Positions 19,989-29,567 of a DNA stretch of 48,739 bases are shown in pieces. Made by a program: the position numbers and the translations under genes. The notes beneath the pieces were generated by a model. The model did no database searches, was not told the DNA's origin, and was given only the letters and a program-made list of their open reading frames with translations. Source of the DNA: Candidatus Saccharibacteria bacterium UBA6824. Its GTDB lineage: Bacteria; Patescibacteriota; Saccharimonadia; Saccharimonadales; UBA10212. The stretch covers positions 18,336 to 67,074 of the forward strand of contig DKEK01000004.1 of NCBI GenBank assembly GCA_002452155.1. The letters run 5' to 3'. The stretch's first letter is position 1. Each line of letters starts with the position of its first letter.

Positions 19989-21860
19989 TTAGTAGAGGGC
20001 GGCGTCGGGGGGCATGATCGATCCGTCAAGAAGTTTAATAACCTCATCGGCTTCAACGGTTTCTTTTTCTAGAAGGGCATTTTTTAGAACATCTAGTCTA
20101 GGCAAGTTAACTTTCAACACAGCTCGGGCGCGTTGGCCGGCTTCGGTAATCAAGTGCTCGACCTCGTCGTCAATCAGTTTGGCTGTTTCGTCGGAATATT
20201 GGCGCTCGTGCATCATTTTTTCGAACATCATACCATCGTCGGTATGAAAGACTTGATCTCGCAGGCCTTTGCCCATACCTTGGTTGACTATCATATCGCG
20301 GGCTAGCTCGGCAGCTTTTTGTAAATCCGAACCGGCACCGGTTGTAACGCGGTCGGGCCCATATATTAGCTCCTCGGCCACCCGGCCGCCGAGCATGCGG
20401 GCTAGTACATCCTTAAATTCAATAATGCTGTGGTAGCTTTTGTCATCGGGCGGAATGAACCAAGTCACACCGCCGGTCGCACCACGGGGGATAATGGTCA
20501 CCTTGTGCACCATGTCGCTATCTGGCAAAACGTGGCCAACTACGGCGTGTCCGGCTTCGTGATAAGCCGTCAGCTCTTTTTCTTTGTCGCTCATTATCTT
20601 ACTCTTGCGCTCCGGGCCAAGGGCGACTTTTTCAAAGGCTTGAACTACGTCTTCGTTTTCAATTACTTTGCGGTTATTGCGGGCGGCTAAGATGGCGGCT
20701 TCGTTAGTGATGTTAGCCAGGTCCGCGCCGGATGAACCGGCCGTTTTAGCCGCCAGGGTGTCAAGGTTGACGTCCTTGCTGACTGGCTTTTCCTTGAAGT
20801 GGGTTTCCAGGATTAATTTCCGGTCGCGGCGGTCAGGCAGGTCAATGTTTACCCGGCGGTCAAAACGGCCCGGGCGAAGTAGCGCCGGATCCAATACGTC
20901 ACTGCGGTTAGTTGCTGCCAGGACGATAACATTTACACCCTGTTCAAAGCCGTCCATCTCGACCAGGATTTGATTAAGGGTCTGTTCGCGCTCGTCGTGG
21001 CCGCCACCCATGCCGGATCCCCGGCGGCGGCCAACAGCGTCTATCTCATCTATGAAAATAATACACGGGGCGTTTTTCTTAGCCTTAGTAAACAGATCGC
21101 GTACCCGGCTAGCACCGACACCGACAAACATCTCCACGAATTCCGAGCCGCTGATACTAAAGAACGGGGCATTAGCCTCGCCGGCCACAGCCCGTGCTAA
21201 AAGAGTCTTACCGGTCCCCGGTGGCCCAATCAGCAGAACACCTTTAGGGATTTTAGCCCCTACCCCTTCAAATTTCTTGGGATATTTCAAAAATTCCACA
21301 ACTTCTTGGAGGTCTTGTTTAGATTCGTCATTCCCGGCCACATCGGCAAAGGTAATTTTATCTTTTTCATTGCCATAAAGCCTAGCCCGGCTTTTGCCAA
21401 AGGACAGGGCCTGGTTGCCTTGGCCTTGGGCACTGCGGAACATAAAAATCAAAATCGCGGCTATAACTACTACCGGCAAAATATTAATGGCCAGTTGCAT
21501 CCAAAAGTTTCCGCCGCTAGCACTTGGTTTATTAACAATTTCTACTTTCCCCTGCTGCAGGCCCTGTTGGTAAATTGTAGAACTCTCTTCCTTGAAGGAC
21601 TTTTCGGTCGGTTTGGCTTCACCTTGAGGGGTGACATCCAGCTCGTTACCCTTAATAGTAATCTTAGCTATTTTGCCGGAATTGGCATCACTGACTACCT
21701 GGGAAAAGGGCACCTCTTTTAGGTGGCTGGGCTGGTTAAAGGCGGCATAAATTACTATGCCAAATAATATAAGAAGGGCCGCGAAGCCGAAGTTCTTAAA
21801 CCGGCCACCTTTCTCACTACCACCCCCGCCGCTTAGGCGGAATTGCTTTTTACCGTCCAT
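19989..21860 (-). CDS. ftsH: ATP-dependent zinc metalloprotease FtsH
   Basis: Two TMs, [15 protein letters not shown]. Confidence 0.98.
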   Translation of the reverse strand: MDGKKQFRLSGGGGSEKGGRFKNFGFAALLILFGIVIYAAFNQPSHLKEVPFSQVVSDANSGKIAKITIKGNELDVTPQGEAKPTEKSFKEESSTIYQQGLQQGKVEIVNKPSASGGNFWMQLAINILPVVVIAAILIFMFRSAQGQGNQALSFGKSRARLYGNEKDKITFADVAGNDESKQDLQEVVEFLKYPKKFEGVGAKIPKGVLLIGPPGTGKTLLARAVAGEANAPFFSISGSEFVEMFVGVGASRVRDLFTKAKKNAPCIIFIDEIDAVGRRRGSGMGGGHDEREQTLNQILVEMDGFEQGVNVIVLAATNRSDVLDPALLRPGRFDRRVNIDLPDRRDRKLILETHFKEKPVSKDVNLDTLAAKTAGSSGADLANITNEAAILAARNNRKVIENEDVVQAFEKVALGPERKSKIMSDKEKELTAYHEAGHAVVGHVLPDSDMVHKVTIIPRGATGGVTWFIPPDDKSYHSIIEFKDVLARMLGGRVAEELIYGPDRVTTGAGSDLQKAAELARDMIVNQGMGKGLRDQVFHTDDGMMFEKMMHERQYSDETAKLIDDEVEHLITEAGQRARAVLKVNLPRLDVLKNALLEKETVEADEVIKLLDGSIMPPDAALY

Positions 21861-21899
21861 ATCCAGCTATTATAGCACCCCTAGACGACCCCTGAATGT

Positions 21900-22769
21900 C
21901 TAAACTAGATCGGCCGATCGGGCGGTCAATTTCAGTTTTCGGCCGTTCATAATGTCGTGTTTAGAGCCTGGTTGGCCTGTTCTGATAACTATTGATAGGC
22001 GTTTGATAGTCTTTTTGTCAAAATCTCTAAGCCGATTCTGACGCAGCCAACTAATCAACAGTTCCTCGCCCACTTGAGCTGGGAGCATTGTATAAGCTTG
22101 TCTATCTAGACAGTTTGCCTGATGTAAGTGAGATAAAGTCGCAATTTCATCATCGATTATTTTGTTTATTTTTGCGACTTTATCGAGATTATCTATAATT
22201 TCGACTTTTTTCTTACCTGTTAAACCGGGTGTAATGTGTCGCCTAATATAATTTCGTAAATATTTTGGATCCCTGTTGGTCGTGTCTTCCCGCCACTGGA
22301 CTTTATTTTTTTTGGCATAAGCCAGGATTTCCTTTTTTGGAATCTGAAGCAATGGCCGGTAAACTTTGCTGTGTCTGATAGAACTCAAGCCGGTGCGGCC
22401 GGTGCCTCGCAAAATGTTCAAAAAAGCTGTTTCAATTAGATCATCTTGGTGGTGGGCTGTAATAATGCCCATGGCCTGGGTTTTTTTAGATACCGATTCT
22501 AAAAATCCGTAACGGGTATCCCTGGCATCTTCTTCGCTCGCCAACGTACCCAGTTTTCCATAACCGACTTCTAGGGGCAGGTTATATTCTTGAGCCGCCC
22601 TAGCGACTAATTGTTCGTCTTCGGCCGCATCGGCCCGAACACCGTGGTTAAAATGGGCGACAATTACGTTAACGCCTGCCTTTTGGGCCAATAAATCCAG
22701 CAAAGTCATGGAGTCGACGCCACCAGAAACTGCCAATACATATTTACCTCGAGGAATATTAACTATCAT
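21900..22769 (-). CDS. tilS: tRNA(Ile)-lysidine synthetase
   Basis: AVSGGVDS, HFNHG.R, TAHHQDD, RPLL, LRN.IR. Confidence 0.96.
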   Translation of the reverse strand: MIVNIPRGKYVLAVSGGVDSMTLLDLLAQKAGVNVIVAHFNHGVRADAAEDEQLVARAAQEYNLPLEVGYGKLGTLASEEDARDTRYGFLESVSKKTQAMGIITAHHQDDLIETAFLNILRGTGRTGLSSIRHSKVYRPLLQIPKKEILAYAKKNKVQWREDTTNRDPKYLRNYIRRHITPGLTGKKKVEIIDNLDKVAKINKIIDDEIATLSHLHQANCLDRQAYTMLPAQVGEELLISWLRQNRLRDFDKKTIKRLSIVIRTGQPGSKHDIMNGRKLKLTARSADLV

Positions 22770-22789
22770 CGCTTATAATCTTATCAGGA

Positions 22790-23302
22790 ATGAAAAAGCT
22801 TTATTTTGTACGCCATGGCCAGAGTGAAATGAATCTAGCGGGCCGTTTTGCTGGTACGCTTAACACTCTATTGACGCCTGAGGGTAAGAAGCAAGCCAAA
22901 ATTGCCGGCAAAAAGGCTAAAAAATTAAATATTGACCTCATAATCAGTTCACCGCTTTCGAGAGCTCACGAAACTGCCAAAATAATTGCCAAGGAGATTA
23001 ATTATCCAGAAGGAAAAATTGAATTGAATCCACTGCTCGCAGAAAGGAACTATGGAGTAATGGAGGGTCAATTATTTTCTCCCGACATCGATATGGATGG
23101 AGTTGCTGATATTGAGGCTACAGACAATTTACTTACCCGAGCGAGTGAAGCAGTAGCTTCCTTACAACAGATAGAGGCTGACAGTGTACTTGTGGTCAGC
23201 CACGGTTCGATTGGACGAGCTATACGACACCATTTGTTAGAAGATTTTCCATACAGAGGTGTGGAGCGGCTTCCAAATGCTGAAATTGTGCGGTGGATTT
23301 AG
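22790..23302 (+). CDS. Histidine phosphatase family protein
   Basis: RHGQS, SSPL.RA.ETA, VSHG. Confidence 0.92.
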   Translation: MKKLYFVRHGQSEMNLAGRFAGTLNTLLTPEGKKQAKIAGKKAKKLNIDLIISSPLSRAHETAKIIAKEINYPEGKIELNPLLAERNYGVMEGQLFSPDIDMDGVADIEATDNLLTRASEAVASLQQIEADSVLVVSHGSIGRAIRHHLLEDFPYRGVERLPNAEIVRWI

Positions 23303-23808
23303 CTTTTGGCGTGGATTTCCTGGCGCAGCTTATGCTTTTTATATTCAATAGCCGTCAAATAAATAATCACGAGGTCGAAAACAGTTAGCAGCAGCATGCT
23401 CAGTGAAAATTTAACCGCCATCCGGTAGGTCTGATAGACCACAAATGCCGCTGTTACCCCAATCAGCGCCCTGTATGCCCATAGATGGTTGCGTAAGACT
23501 TCGACTACTAGAACCAGCTTAACGACTCCGTGTGACAGTAAGTAGGCCGCACCAAAGATCAGTGAGGCGCCGGTCAGCTCGTGGGCTGTCTTTAAGATAT
23601 GTGCGGCAATAAAATCATTAGGGTCAGTCGAGAGTTCACCCTGGGTAAACCACCGCGCCAGGTGATTAAGCTGCTCCGGACTGATAATTAGCAGCATGAT
23701 TCCGCCCAGTGTTTCGAGCAGACCATCGAAGCCCTTAAAAAATAGGCCAACCTTAAATGCGCGGTCCGTGAGATTGGACTGAGGGGTTGTTTCAACCTTT
23801 TCCATCAT
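23299..23808 (-). CDS. DUF2127-like membrane protein
   Basis: KG.DGLLE..GG, YLLSHG.VK, LT.FD...LT..EY. Confidence 0.75.
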   Translation of the reverse strand: MMEKVETTPQSNLTDRAFKVGLFFKGFDGLLETLGGIMLLIISPEQLNHLARWFTQGELSTDPNDFIAAHILKTAHELTGASLIFGAAYLLSHGVVKLVLVVEVLRNHLWAYRALIGVTAAFVVYQTYRMAVKFSLSMLLLTVFDLVIIYLTAIEYKKHKLRQEIHAKS

Positions 23809-23901
23809 CCTAATTTTAACCTACAATATAAAAACAGGTGAAGGGTCTGTTTTGTTGGGCTATAGTAAGTACGAGATTCAACAAACTAACAGAAGGAATG
23901 C

Positions 23902-25107
23902 ATGCTAGATACCGTACACAGTTCAATTATCCAAGCGGGCAAAAAACTCGGTCTAACTGACGATGCTATAAACGAACTTATAAAGATTGATAAAGAGCAT
24001 TTGTTTAAAATTAATCTAGGTAACGACAAAGCTTTCAATGCCTACCGCGTCCAACACAGTAATAAACTCGGTCCGTACAAAGGTGGCATTCGCTTCCACC
24101 CGGAAGTCGATCTTGACGAAGTAAGGGCGCTGGCGACTCTGATGAGCTTTAAGGCAGCGGCCGTTGGGTTGCCGCTGGGCGGTGCCAAGGGCGGTATAAG
24201 TGCTGATCCCAAAGATTTAAATAAAGCCGAGCTGGAGGAATTGAGCCGTAAATACGCCCGCGAACTTCAGCCGCACATCGGCCCAGATAAAGACGTGCCC
24301 GCGCCAGATGTTAACACCAACCCGGAAATTATTGACTGGATGGTAGACGAATATCGGAAACTAACCGGTGATATAACTAAAGCCAGCTTTACTGGCAAGA
24401 GCGTCGGCAATGGTGGCAGCTTGGGTCGCGATGCGGCCACCGGCCGCGGCGGCATGTTGGCTTTTGCACAGCTACTAAAACATACGGGCCAGGCCGACAA
24501 GCAGCTAACCTACGCTATCCAGGGCTTTGGGAACGTTGGTTCGTTCTTTAGTGTGCTTGCTGCGAAGCAGCAGCCAAAATGGAAGCTAGTCGCTGCCAGT
24601 GATTCCCAGGCCGCCGTGTATTCATCTACTGGTCTAAACGCTGCCGTGCTGGATAGCTACAAGCGGAAACGTGGTCGTTTTTCTGACTTTAAAAAGAGGG
24701 GCGTGCAAGTTATCACTAATAACGAACTGTTGGCGCTAGATGTTGATGTTTTGGTACTGGCAGCGCTCGGTGACGCGCTTAACAAAAGCAACGTAGTTAA
24801 TATAAAAGCTAAATACATTGTGGAGCTGGCTAACGGCCCTACTAGCGAAGCAGCTTTTGATTATCTCACTAAAAAAGGTACGGTTATACTGCCGGATATC
24901 GTGGCCAATGCCGGCGGCGTGATTGTTAGCTACTTGGAGATGCTTCAAAATAAAGCCGGTGAGCACTGGCCGGAAGAAAAAGTTAATAACGAGCTCGAGA
25001 GATATATGGTCAAAGCCGCAGATGCCCTTTATAAAACGACAAGCGAGAAAAATGTATCGCTCAAAGAAGCTGCTTTCATCAACGCCATCAAAAACCTAAC
25101 TAAATAA
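23902..25107 (+). CDS. gdhA: Glu/Leu/Phe/Val dehydrogenase (glutamate dehydrogenase)
   Basis: GPYKGGIRFHP, GGAKGG, DVPAPD, QGFGNVG, PD..ANAGGV. Confidence 0.92.
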   Translation: MLDTVHSSIIQAGKKLGLTDDAINELIKIDKEHLFKINLGNDKAFNAYRVQHSNKLGPYKGGIRFHPEVDLDEVRALATLMSFKAAAVGLPLGGAKGGISADPKDLNKAELEELSRKYARELQPHIGPDKDVPAPDVNTNPEIIDWMVDEYRKLTGDITKASFTGKSVGNGGSLGRDAATGRGGMLAFAQLLKHTGQADKQLTYAIQGFGNVGSFFSVLAAKQQPKWKLVAASDSQAAVYSSTGLNAAVLDSYKRKRGRFSDFKKRGVQVITNNELLALDVDVLVLAALGDALNKSNVVNIKAKYIVELANGPTSEAAFDYLTKKGTVILPDIVANAGGVIVSYLEMLQNKAGEHWPEEKVNNELERYMVKAADALYKTTSEKNVSLKEAAFINAIKNLTK

Positions 25108-25162
25108 GTTGATACCAGTCTTGACTAACCAATCAGCAAAATCCCGCCCATGTCAGATTTTG

Positions 25163-25275
25163 CCCGTTTTACGCGGAGCTGCGTAAAACGGAAAAGGAAC
25201 AACAATACAAGACCCCACTAATTTTTGGCTACTTGATCGCCAAAAATTTTAGCGGGGTTGATATTAGTTGCGACG
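25163..25275 (-). repeat. 113-nt structured element abutting the tRNA-Met CCA (copy 2)
   Basis: Homologous to 1465-1577, same orientation relative to its tRNA. Confidence 0.9.
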
Positions 25276-25352
25276 TGGTACCAGGGGCGAGATTTGAACT
25301 CGCGACCTCAGGCTTATGAGTCCTGCGCTCTAACCAACTGAGCTACCCTGGC
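25276..25352 (-). tRNA. tRNA-Met(CAT), probably elongator
   Basis: GCCAGGG...CTCATAA...GTTCAAATC...CCCTGGT-A-CCA; paired 1:72. Confidence 0.93.
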
Positions 25353-25403
25353 GTATTGACAGGGGTATTATATCAGATTTAATCTGTTATTCAGCCGTAG
25401 ATA

Positions 25404-25511
25404 CTAGATCTGGAGGAGTTCTGGTTCGGAAACTTCGGGCTCGGCGAGTAGTTGGTCTATCTCGTCCATATCTTCGGCTGGAACCAATAGATAGGCTAAA
25501 TCGGTTGACAT
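25404..25511 (-). CDS. Putative small acidic protein (35 aa, MSTDLAYLLVPAEDMDEIDQLLAEPEVSEPELLQI)
   Basis: Manual translation; AAGGTG 6 nt upstream; TTGACT-16-TATGAT promoter-like sequence further up. Confidence 0.4.
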   Translation of the reverse strand: MSTDLAYLLVPAEDMDEIDQLLAEPEVSEPELLQI

Positions 25512-25739
25512 TGTTTGCACCTTTTTTTGTTTTTTATTTGCGTGTACTGCCCTAATCATAATCGTTTTTCCACCCTAGTCAAGAGTTTTATTGTGTTTTT
25601 ACAGCTAATATGCTTAACTACCGGGGTTAGGATCTTATCTGTTCTTGGTGACTTAGAATGTTCGGCTCTAGCGCCTAAAGTTCGAAAGCCAGACTGTAAG
25701 GGGTCGTTCCTAAGTAACTAAGTAAGAAAGACAATTTAA

Positions 25740-26012
25740 ATGTACAAACTATTTGTAGGTGGGTTGCCGTTCACCACCACCGACGAAGAGCTCAAAGAGC
25801 TTTTTGCCGCTCATGGCGCTGTAGCTTCAGCTACCGTTGTTAAAGACCGCGATAGCGGCCGCAGCAAGGGCTTTGGTTTCGTCGAATTCGAAAGCGACGA
25901 AGAAGGCAAAGCCGCTGAAAAGGCGCTTAATGGTTCTGACGTTGGCGGACGCAATATTTCCGTCGCCGAAGCTCGTCCTAAAGAAGACAAGCCTCGTACC
26001 AACAGCTGGTAA
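25740..26012 (+). CDS. RRM RNA-binding protein
   Basis: RNP2 LFVGGL and RNP1 KGFGFVEF. Confidence 0.95.
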   Translation: MYKLFVGGLPFTTTDEELKELFAAHGAVASATVVKDRDSGRSKGFGFVEFESDEEGKAAEKALNGSDVGGRNISVAEARPKEDKPRTNSW

Positions 26013-26032
26013 ATTTTAACCCAGCAACGTAG

Positions 26033-26060
26033 AAAAAATCCCCATTATCGGGGATTTTTT
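26033..26060 (+). terminator. Intrinsic terminator
   Basis: aaaaaatcccc-attatc-ggggatttttt. Confidence 0.8.
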
Positions 26061-26126
26061 CAATTCATAGTAGATTGACAAATGGCACTTAACAGATTAG
26101 AATAACGTGTCGATGTGGTTTGGTAA

Positions 26127-26201
26127 CGCGGGGTGGAGCAGTAGTAGCTCGCGTGGCTCATAACCACGAGGTCGCAGGTGCAAATCCTGCCCCCGCTACC
26201 A
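26127..26201 (+). tRNA. Initiator tRNA-fMet(CAT), non-canonical
   Basis: CGCGGGG start, C1:T72 mismatch, A11:T24, CAT anticodon, CCA. Confidence 0.92.
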
Positions 26202-26213
26202 TGTCGATGTATG

Positions 26214-26241
26214 AACTTTAGCCTTGGGGCTAAAGTTTTTT
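26214..26241 (+). terminator. Intrinsic terminator after tRNA-fMet
   Basis: aactttagcc-ttgg-ggctaaagtt-tttt. Confidence 0.75.
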
Positions 26242-26242
26242 A

Positions 26243-26698
26243 TTAATCTCGGGCCACTTTGCGGCCTAGTAAAAAATCGCGCCAGGCCTGAAAGTTTTTA
26301 GCGTATCGCGAACGATCATCGGCTGTGTTTTTGGAAAAGCTCTGCGAACTTAGCTTTTGATCAACGTATTTCATGGCCACATCTTTGGGGACCAGCAAAA
26401 CTTTTTCGCCGGGGGCCGCTAAGCCAAAGTCTTGTCTGGCTGCCAGTTCTAAGTATTGATTGGTCTGGTAATACTGATTCTGCAACGCGGTATTATCATT
26501 TTGGAGTTTTAATACCTCATTTTGCTGCTTTAGGGTCGAGATTTGTTTTTGCAGCTCGTAGTTTGTCTGCAGCGTTTTTACCCCGCTCCAGGTAATGGCC
26601 AAAACAATAACCGCAAAAATATACAACCCGATGTTGCGCACATCGGTAAATTGCTGCCGTTTTTTTGATTTCCAAAAGTTTTTTATCTGTTGTAGCAC
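26243..26698 (-). CDS. Septum formation initiator (FtsB/DivIC-like) protein
   Basis: TM, coiled coil, YLELAAR..FGLAAPGEKV. Confidence 0.85.
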   Translation of the reverse strand: MLQQIKNFWKSKKRQQFTDVRNIGLYIFAVIVLAITWSGVKTLQTNYELQKQISTLKQQNEVLKLQNDNTALQNQYYQTNQYLELAARQDFGLAAPGEKVLLVPKDVAMKYVDQKLSSQSFSKNTADDRSRYAKNFQAWRDFLLGRKVARD

Positions 26699-26728
26699 GG
26701 CTTCATTATAACTTATACTGGGGCGAGC

Positions 26729-26804
26729 GGGGGAGTAGCTCAGTGGTTAGAGCAGTCGGCTCATAACCGATTGGTCGAAGGTTCAATTCCTTCCTCCCCC
26801 ACCA
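26729..26804 (+). tRNA. tRNA(CAT), probably lysidine-modified tRNA-Ile2
   Basis: GGGGGAG/CTCCCCC-A-CCA; GTCGG-CTCATAA-CCGAT arm resembles Ile2 tRNAs; third CAT tRNA, and tilS is nearby. Confidence 0.88.
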
Positions 26805-26807
26805 TAA

Positions 26808-27368
26808 TTACAGCAGAGGTACGAAGACGAAACCCGGGTGTTTTTTGATATCCAAATCCGTGGCTGATTTTTTAGTGATTTCCAGAATATCGTTTTGAAC
26901 CGGAACCACCATTTTACCTCCCGCCTTCAGCTGGTTAACCAGCTCCTCCGGCAGCTCATCAGCCGACGCGCTAACCAAAATCCGGTCAAACGGTGCTTCC
27001 GCGGGCAGGCCAAACTTTTCGCCGGCCGTAAAAAACCGGACATTTTTAATCCCGGCCCGCTCGGCATTTTGCCGCCCAAATTCCACTAGTTCCGGTACGC
27101 GCTCCACTGCATAAACCCGGCCTTTGGGGTCGACCAAATACGCCAGCAAGGCCGTGGTCCAGCCCGAACCCGACCCAACATCTAAAACCCGGTCGCCGGG
27201 CTGCACATCCAGCCATTCCAACATTTTCCGCACAGTGTATGGCTGGCTATTAGTTTGCCCGTGACCAATCGGCAGGGCATTATCAATACTAGCCGCATAT
27301 TTCATGCCATCTGGCAAAAAATTCGCCCGGTCTACGGCCTCAAACGCTTCGTCAATTCTATTGCCCAT
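26808..27368 (-). CDS. pcm: Protein-L-isoaspartate O-methyltransferase
   Basis: IGHGQTNSQP, VLDVGSGSGW, APFDRILVSA, FVFVPL. Confidence 0.93.
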   Translation of the reverse strand: MGNRIDEAFEAVDRANFLPDGMKYAASIDNALPIGHGQTNSQPYTVRKMLEWLDVQPGDRVLDVGSGSGWTTALLAYLVDPKGRVYAVERVPELVEFGRQNAERAGIKNVRFFTAGEKFGLPAEAPFDRILVSASADELPEELVNQLKAGGKMVVPVQNDILEITKKSATDLDIKKHPGFVFVPLL

Positions 27369-27447
27369 TGCTTTCTCCTAAGCCTCAGGGTATCACTCAC
27401 ATAGAAATCTTCAGTTATTATCTTTACAAAGTGTTGTTATAACAAAG

Positions 27448-28428
27448 TTATAACAACTGTAGTGCTTCATCTGTTGAAGTCGTTGACATAAGTTTCGTAC
27501 GGAGTTCTGACGCGCCGTCAAAACCATTGATATAAACCTTGGCGAATTTTTTTAATGTTTCAAACTTGTACTCGCCCCTCTTCCAAGTTTTAGAGAAGAG
27601 CTCGATATGCTTTTTAAATAGTTCGGTCTTCTGCTCTTTACTCCAGTCTCCCCACGGACTTTTCTGCGCAAACACAAATGGGTCCTGGAAGATGCCGCGG
27701 CCAATCATAACACCGTCGAGTTTATATTTTTTGGCTATTTTCTCAGCCTGTTGGCGGCTCATAACGTCGCCGTTACCAACAATTAAGGTAGCAGGCCTGC
27801 CTGACGGCAGGCAGGGCACTAGGGAGTCGCGCATTTGACGAGCATTACCAATTAGCTCCCAATCAGCCGGAATTTTGGAGAGTTGTTTGGCCGTCCGACC
27901 GTGAATACTTAACAAGTCAAGCTTTTTTGAAAGTAAGAACTCTAGCCAACTCATGTCTGTTGTAGAAAAACCAACACGGGTTTTAATGCTAATAGGGAAC
28001 CGCTCTCGCCGCCTGCCCGCCGGCAGGCAGGCTTCCCTGACAGCATCAATAATTTCACCAGCCAGTTCCCTATTATTTATCAGCGCTGCGCAGGCGCCGT
28101 TTTTTATGACCGTTTTGACAGGACAACCCATGTTAATGTCTACCCCGTCAAAGCCCATATCAATTACTTCTTTAGTGGTTTTATAAAAATTTTCCGGTTT
28201 TAAGCCCCACAATTGTGCAAAGATTGGTTTTTCTTTAGGGGTGAACTGCAATTTTTTAATCAGCTTTTCCCTGCCCGGACTTTGCAGACCATCGACATTG
28301 ACAAACTCGGTGAAAAATAAATCTGGCGCCGCGAGGTCAGTTATGATCTGACGAAAGACCGTGTCCGTCACATCATCCATCGGCGCCAATATAAATATCG
28401 GCTTTGGCAGATTATCTAAAAACGTCAC
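27448..28428 (-). CDS. dus: tRNA-dihydrouridine synthase
   Basis: LAPM, DINMGCP, IHGRT, GNGDV, GVMIGRG. Confidence 0.95.
   Translation of the reverse strand: MTFLDNLPKPIFILAPMDDVTDTVFRQIITDLAAPDLFFTEFVNVDGLQSPGREKLIKKLQFTPKEKPIFAQLWGLKPENFYKTTKEVIDMGFDGVDINMGCPVKTVIKNGACAALINNRELAGEIIDAVREACLPAGRRRERFPISIKTRVGFSTTDMSWLEFLLSKKLDLLSIHGRTAKQLSKIPADWELIGNARQMRDSLVPCLPSGRPATLIVGNGDVMSRQQAEKIAKKYKLDGVMIGRGIFQDPFVFAQKSPWGDWSKEQKTELFKKHIELFSKTWKRGEYKFETLKKFAKVYINGFDGASELRTKLMSTTSTDEALQLL
27796..27815. repeat. 20-bp palindrome cctgcctgacggcaggcagg inside dus (PCLPSGRP)
   Basis: One-mismatch palindrome; sibling at 28011. Confidence 0.85.
27904..27923. repeat. Palindromic motif copy (reverse orientation) inside dus
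   Basis: aatacttaac-aa-gtcaagct. Confidence 0.65.
28011..28032. repeat. 22-bp palindrome gcctgcccgccggcaggcaggc inside dus (ACLPAGRR)
   Basis: One-mismatch palindrome; sibling at 27796. Confidence 0.85.
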
Positions 28429-28442
28429 GCTACTAGCTTAAC

Positions 28443-28853
28443 TTATAATTCGCCGCGAAGTTCTCTGACTACGTGGGGTGGCGCTTGATCGGCCGTCATC
28501 TTGCCCCGTGGGCTTAAATGCCGCCTATCCTTTTTAGGCCGAGGCTTAGATAGATTAGCGTTTTTTAGGATTGATTTGACTTCGGACCGCTCAATATCAG
28601 CTCCAGCAAGCATGGTTTGCCCGACTTTTTGTCGAGTACCCGCAGAACTTGTCTGAGCTTGATTATCAATTCGCTCCCATTCTCGTTCATCGTCGATGGC
28701 CTGAGCCTTTAGCTTGCGCTCAACATCTACCGGAGGGTGAAAGGTCGTTGGCCCAGGAGACGTCGGTGGGATTTCGATTGGTAGATTAGCCAGCAAACTA
28801 TCCTGCTGATAGACTGGTGCGTTATCGAGTTCGGGAGACCGTTTTGTGGACAT
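28443..28853 (-). CDS. Hypothetical protein (likely disordered)
   Basis: 136-aa ORF filling the ruvA-dus gap; -10-like TAGTAT 6 nt before ATG. Confidence 0.6.
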   Translation of the reverse strand: MSTKRSPELDNAPVYQQDSLLANLPIEIPPTSPGPTTFHPPVDVERKLKAQAIDDEREWERIDNQAQTSSAGTRQKVGQTMLAGADIERSEVKSILKNANLSKPRPKKDRRHLSPRGKMTADQAPPHVVRELRGEL

Positions 28854-28892
28854 AATCTTATACTAACATAAAAGCTTATGTTTAGCAACCTC

Positions 28893-29468
28893 CTAGACTG
28901 TTTTTAGTGCTTGCTTGATGCGTTCGGCGGCTGGTAGTTTTATATCGACTTTTTTCAGCGCTTCGGCCGCGTCAGCAACAGAGTAGCCTAGTGCAACCAG
29001 TCCCTGTAGAGCTTCGTCGCTGGGGTCAGCCGTGGTGGTTAGGAACTGCGTAGCGTCTTCGCTGGCCGCCAGGCCGACCTTATCTTTCAAGTCCACGACT
29101 ACCCGCTCGGCGGCCTTTTTACCCACGCCCTTAGCCTGTGAAATAAATTTTATATCGCCGCTAGCAATCGCCTGGCGGACATGTGACAACGAAGCAACAC
29201 TCAAAATAGCCAAAGCCATTTTGGGGCCAATGCCTTTTACGCTCAGTAGCTGCTCAAATAGGCGTTTGGCCTCGATCCCTCGAAAACCGAACAGGTCATG
29301 GGCGTTTTCGCGGATGCTTTCATAAATATAAAGCTTGGCGCTCTGCCCCGAATGTAGGGCACCAAAGTCTTCAAATGGCACCAAAACCCCATAACCAACA
29401 CCGCCGCAGTTAATGACCACCGTATCGCCAACTTTTTCGGAGACTTTACCCTCCAAGACCGCAATCAT
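28893..29468 (-). CDS. ruvA: Holliday junction DNA-binding protein RuvA
   Basis: GGVGY, LFGF, VKGIGPK.AL, GVGKKAAER. Confidence 0.97.
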   Translation of the reverse strand: MIAVLEGKVSEKVGDTVVINCGGVGYGVLVPFEDFGALHSGQSAKLYIYESIRENAHDLFGFRGIEAKRLFEQLLSVKGIGPKMALAILSVASLSHVRQAIASGDIKFISQAKGVGKKAAERVVVDLKDKVGLAASEDATQFLTTTADPSDEALQGLVALGYSVADAAEALKKVDIKLPAAERIKQALKTV

Positions 29469-29523
29469 AGCCCAATTATGACATCTTTGGCTTGTGCCTA
29501 AAAGTTCCGTAGCGCTGCACTAC

Positions 29524-29555
29524 CCCCAAATTCAGACATATGTTGGAATTTGGGG
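29524..29555. repeat. 32-bp CATATG-centred palindrome (degenerate copy)
   Basis: ccccaaattcagacatatgttggaatttgggg. Confidence 0.65.
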
Positions 29556-29567
29556 ATGATTACAGCT

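Noticed and set aside
26108-26210. 9-bp direct repeat tgtcgatgt flanking tRNA-fMet
   Set aside because: Too short and unaccompanied by other signs of mobility.
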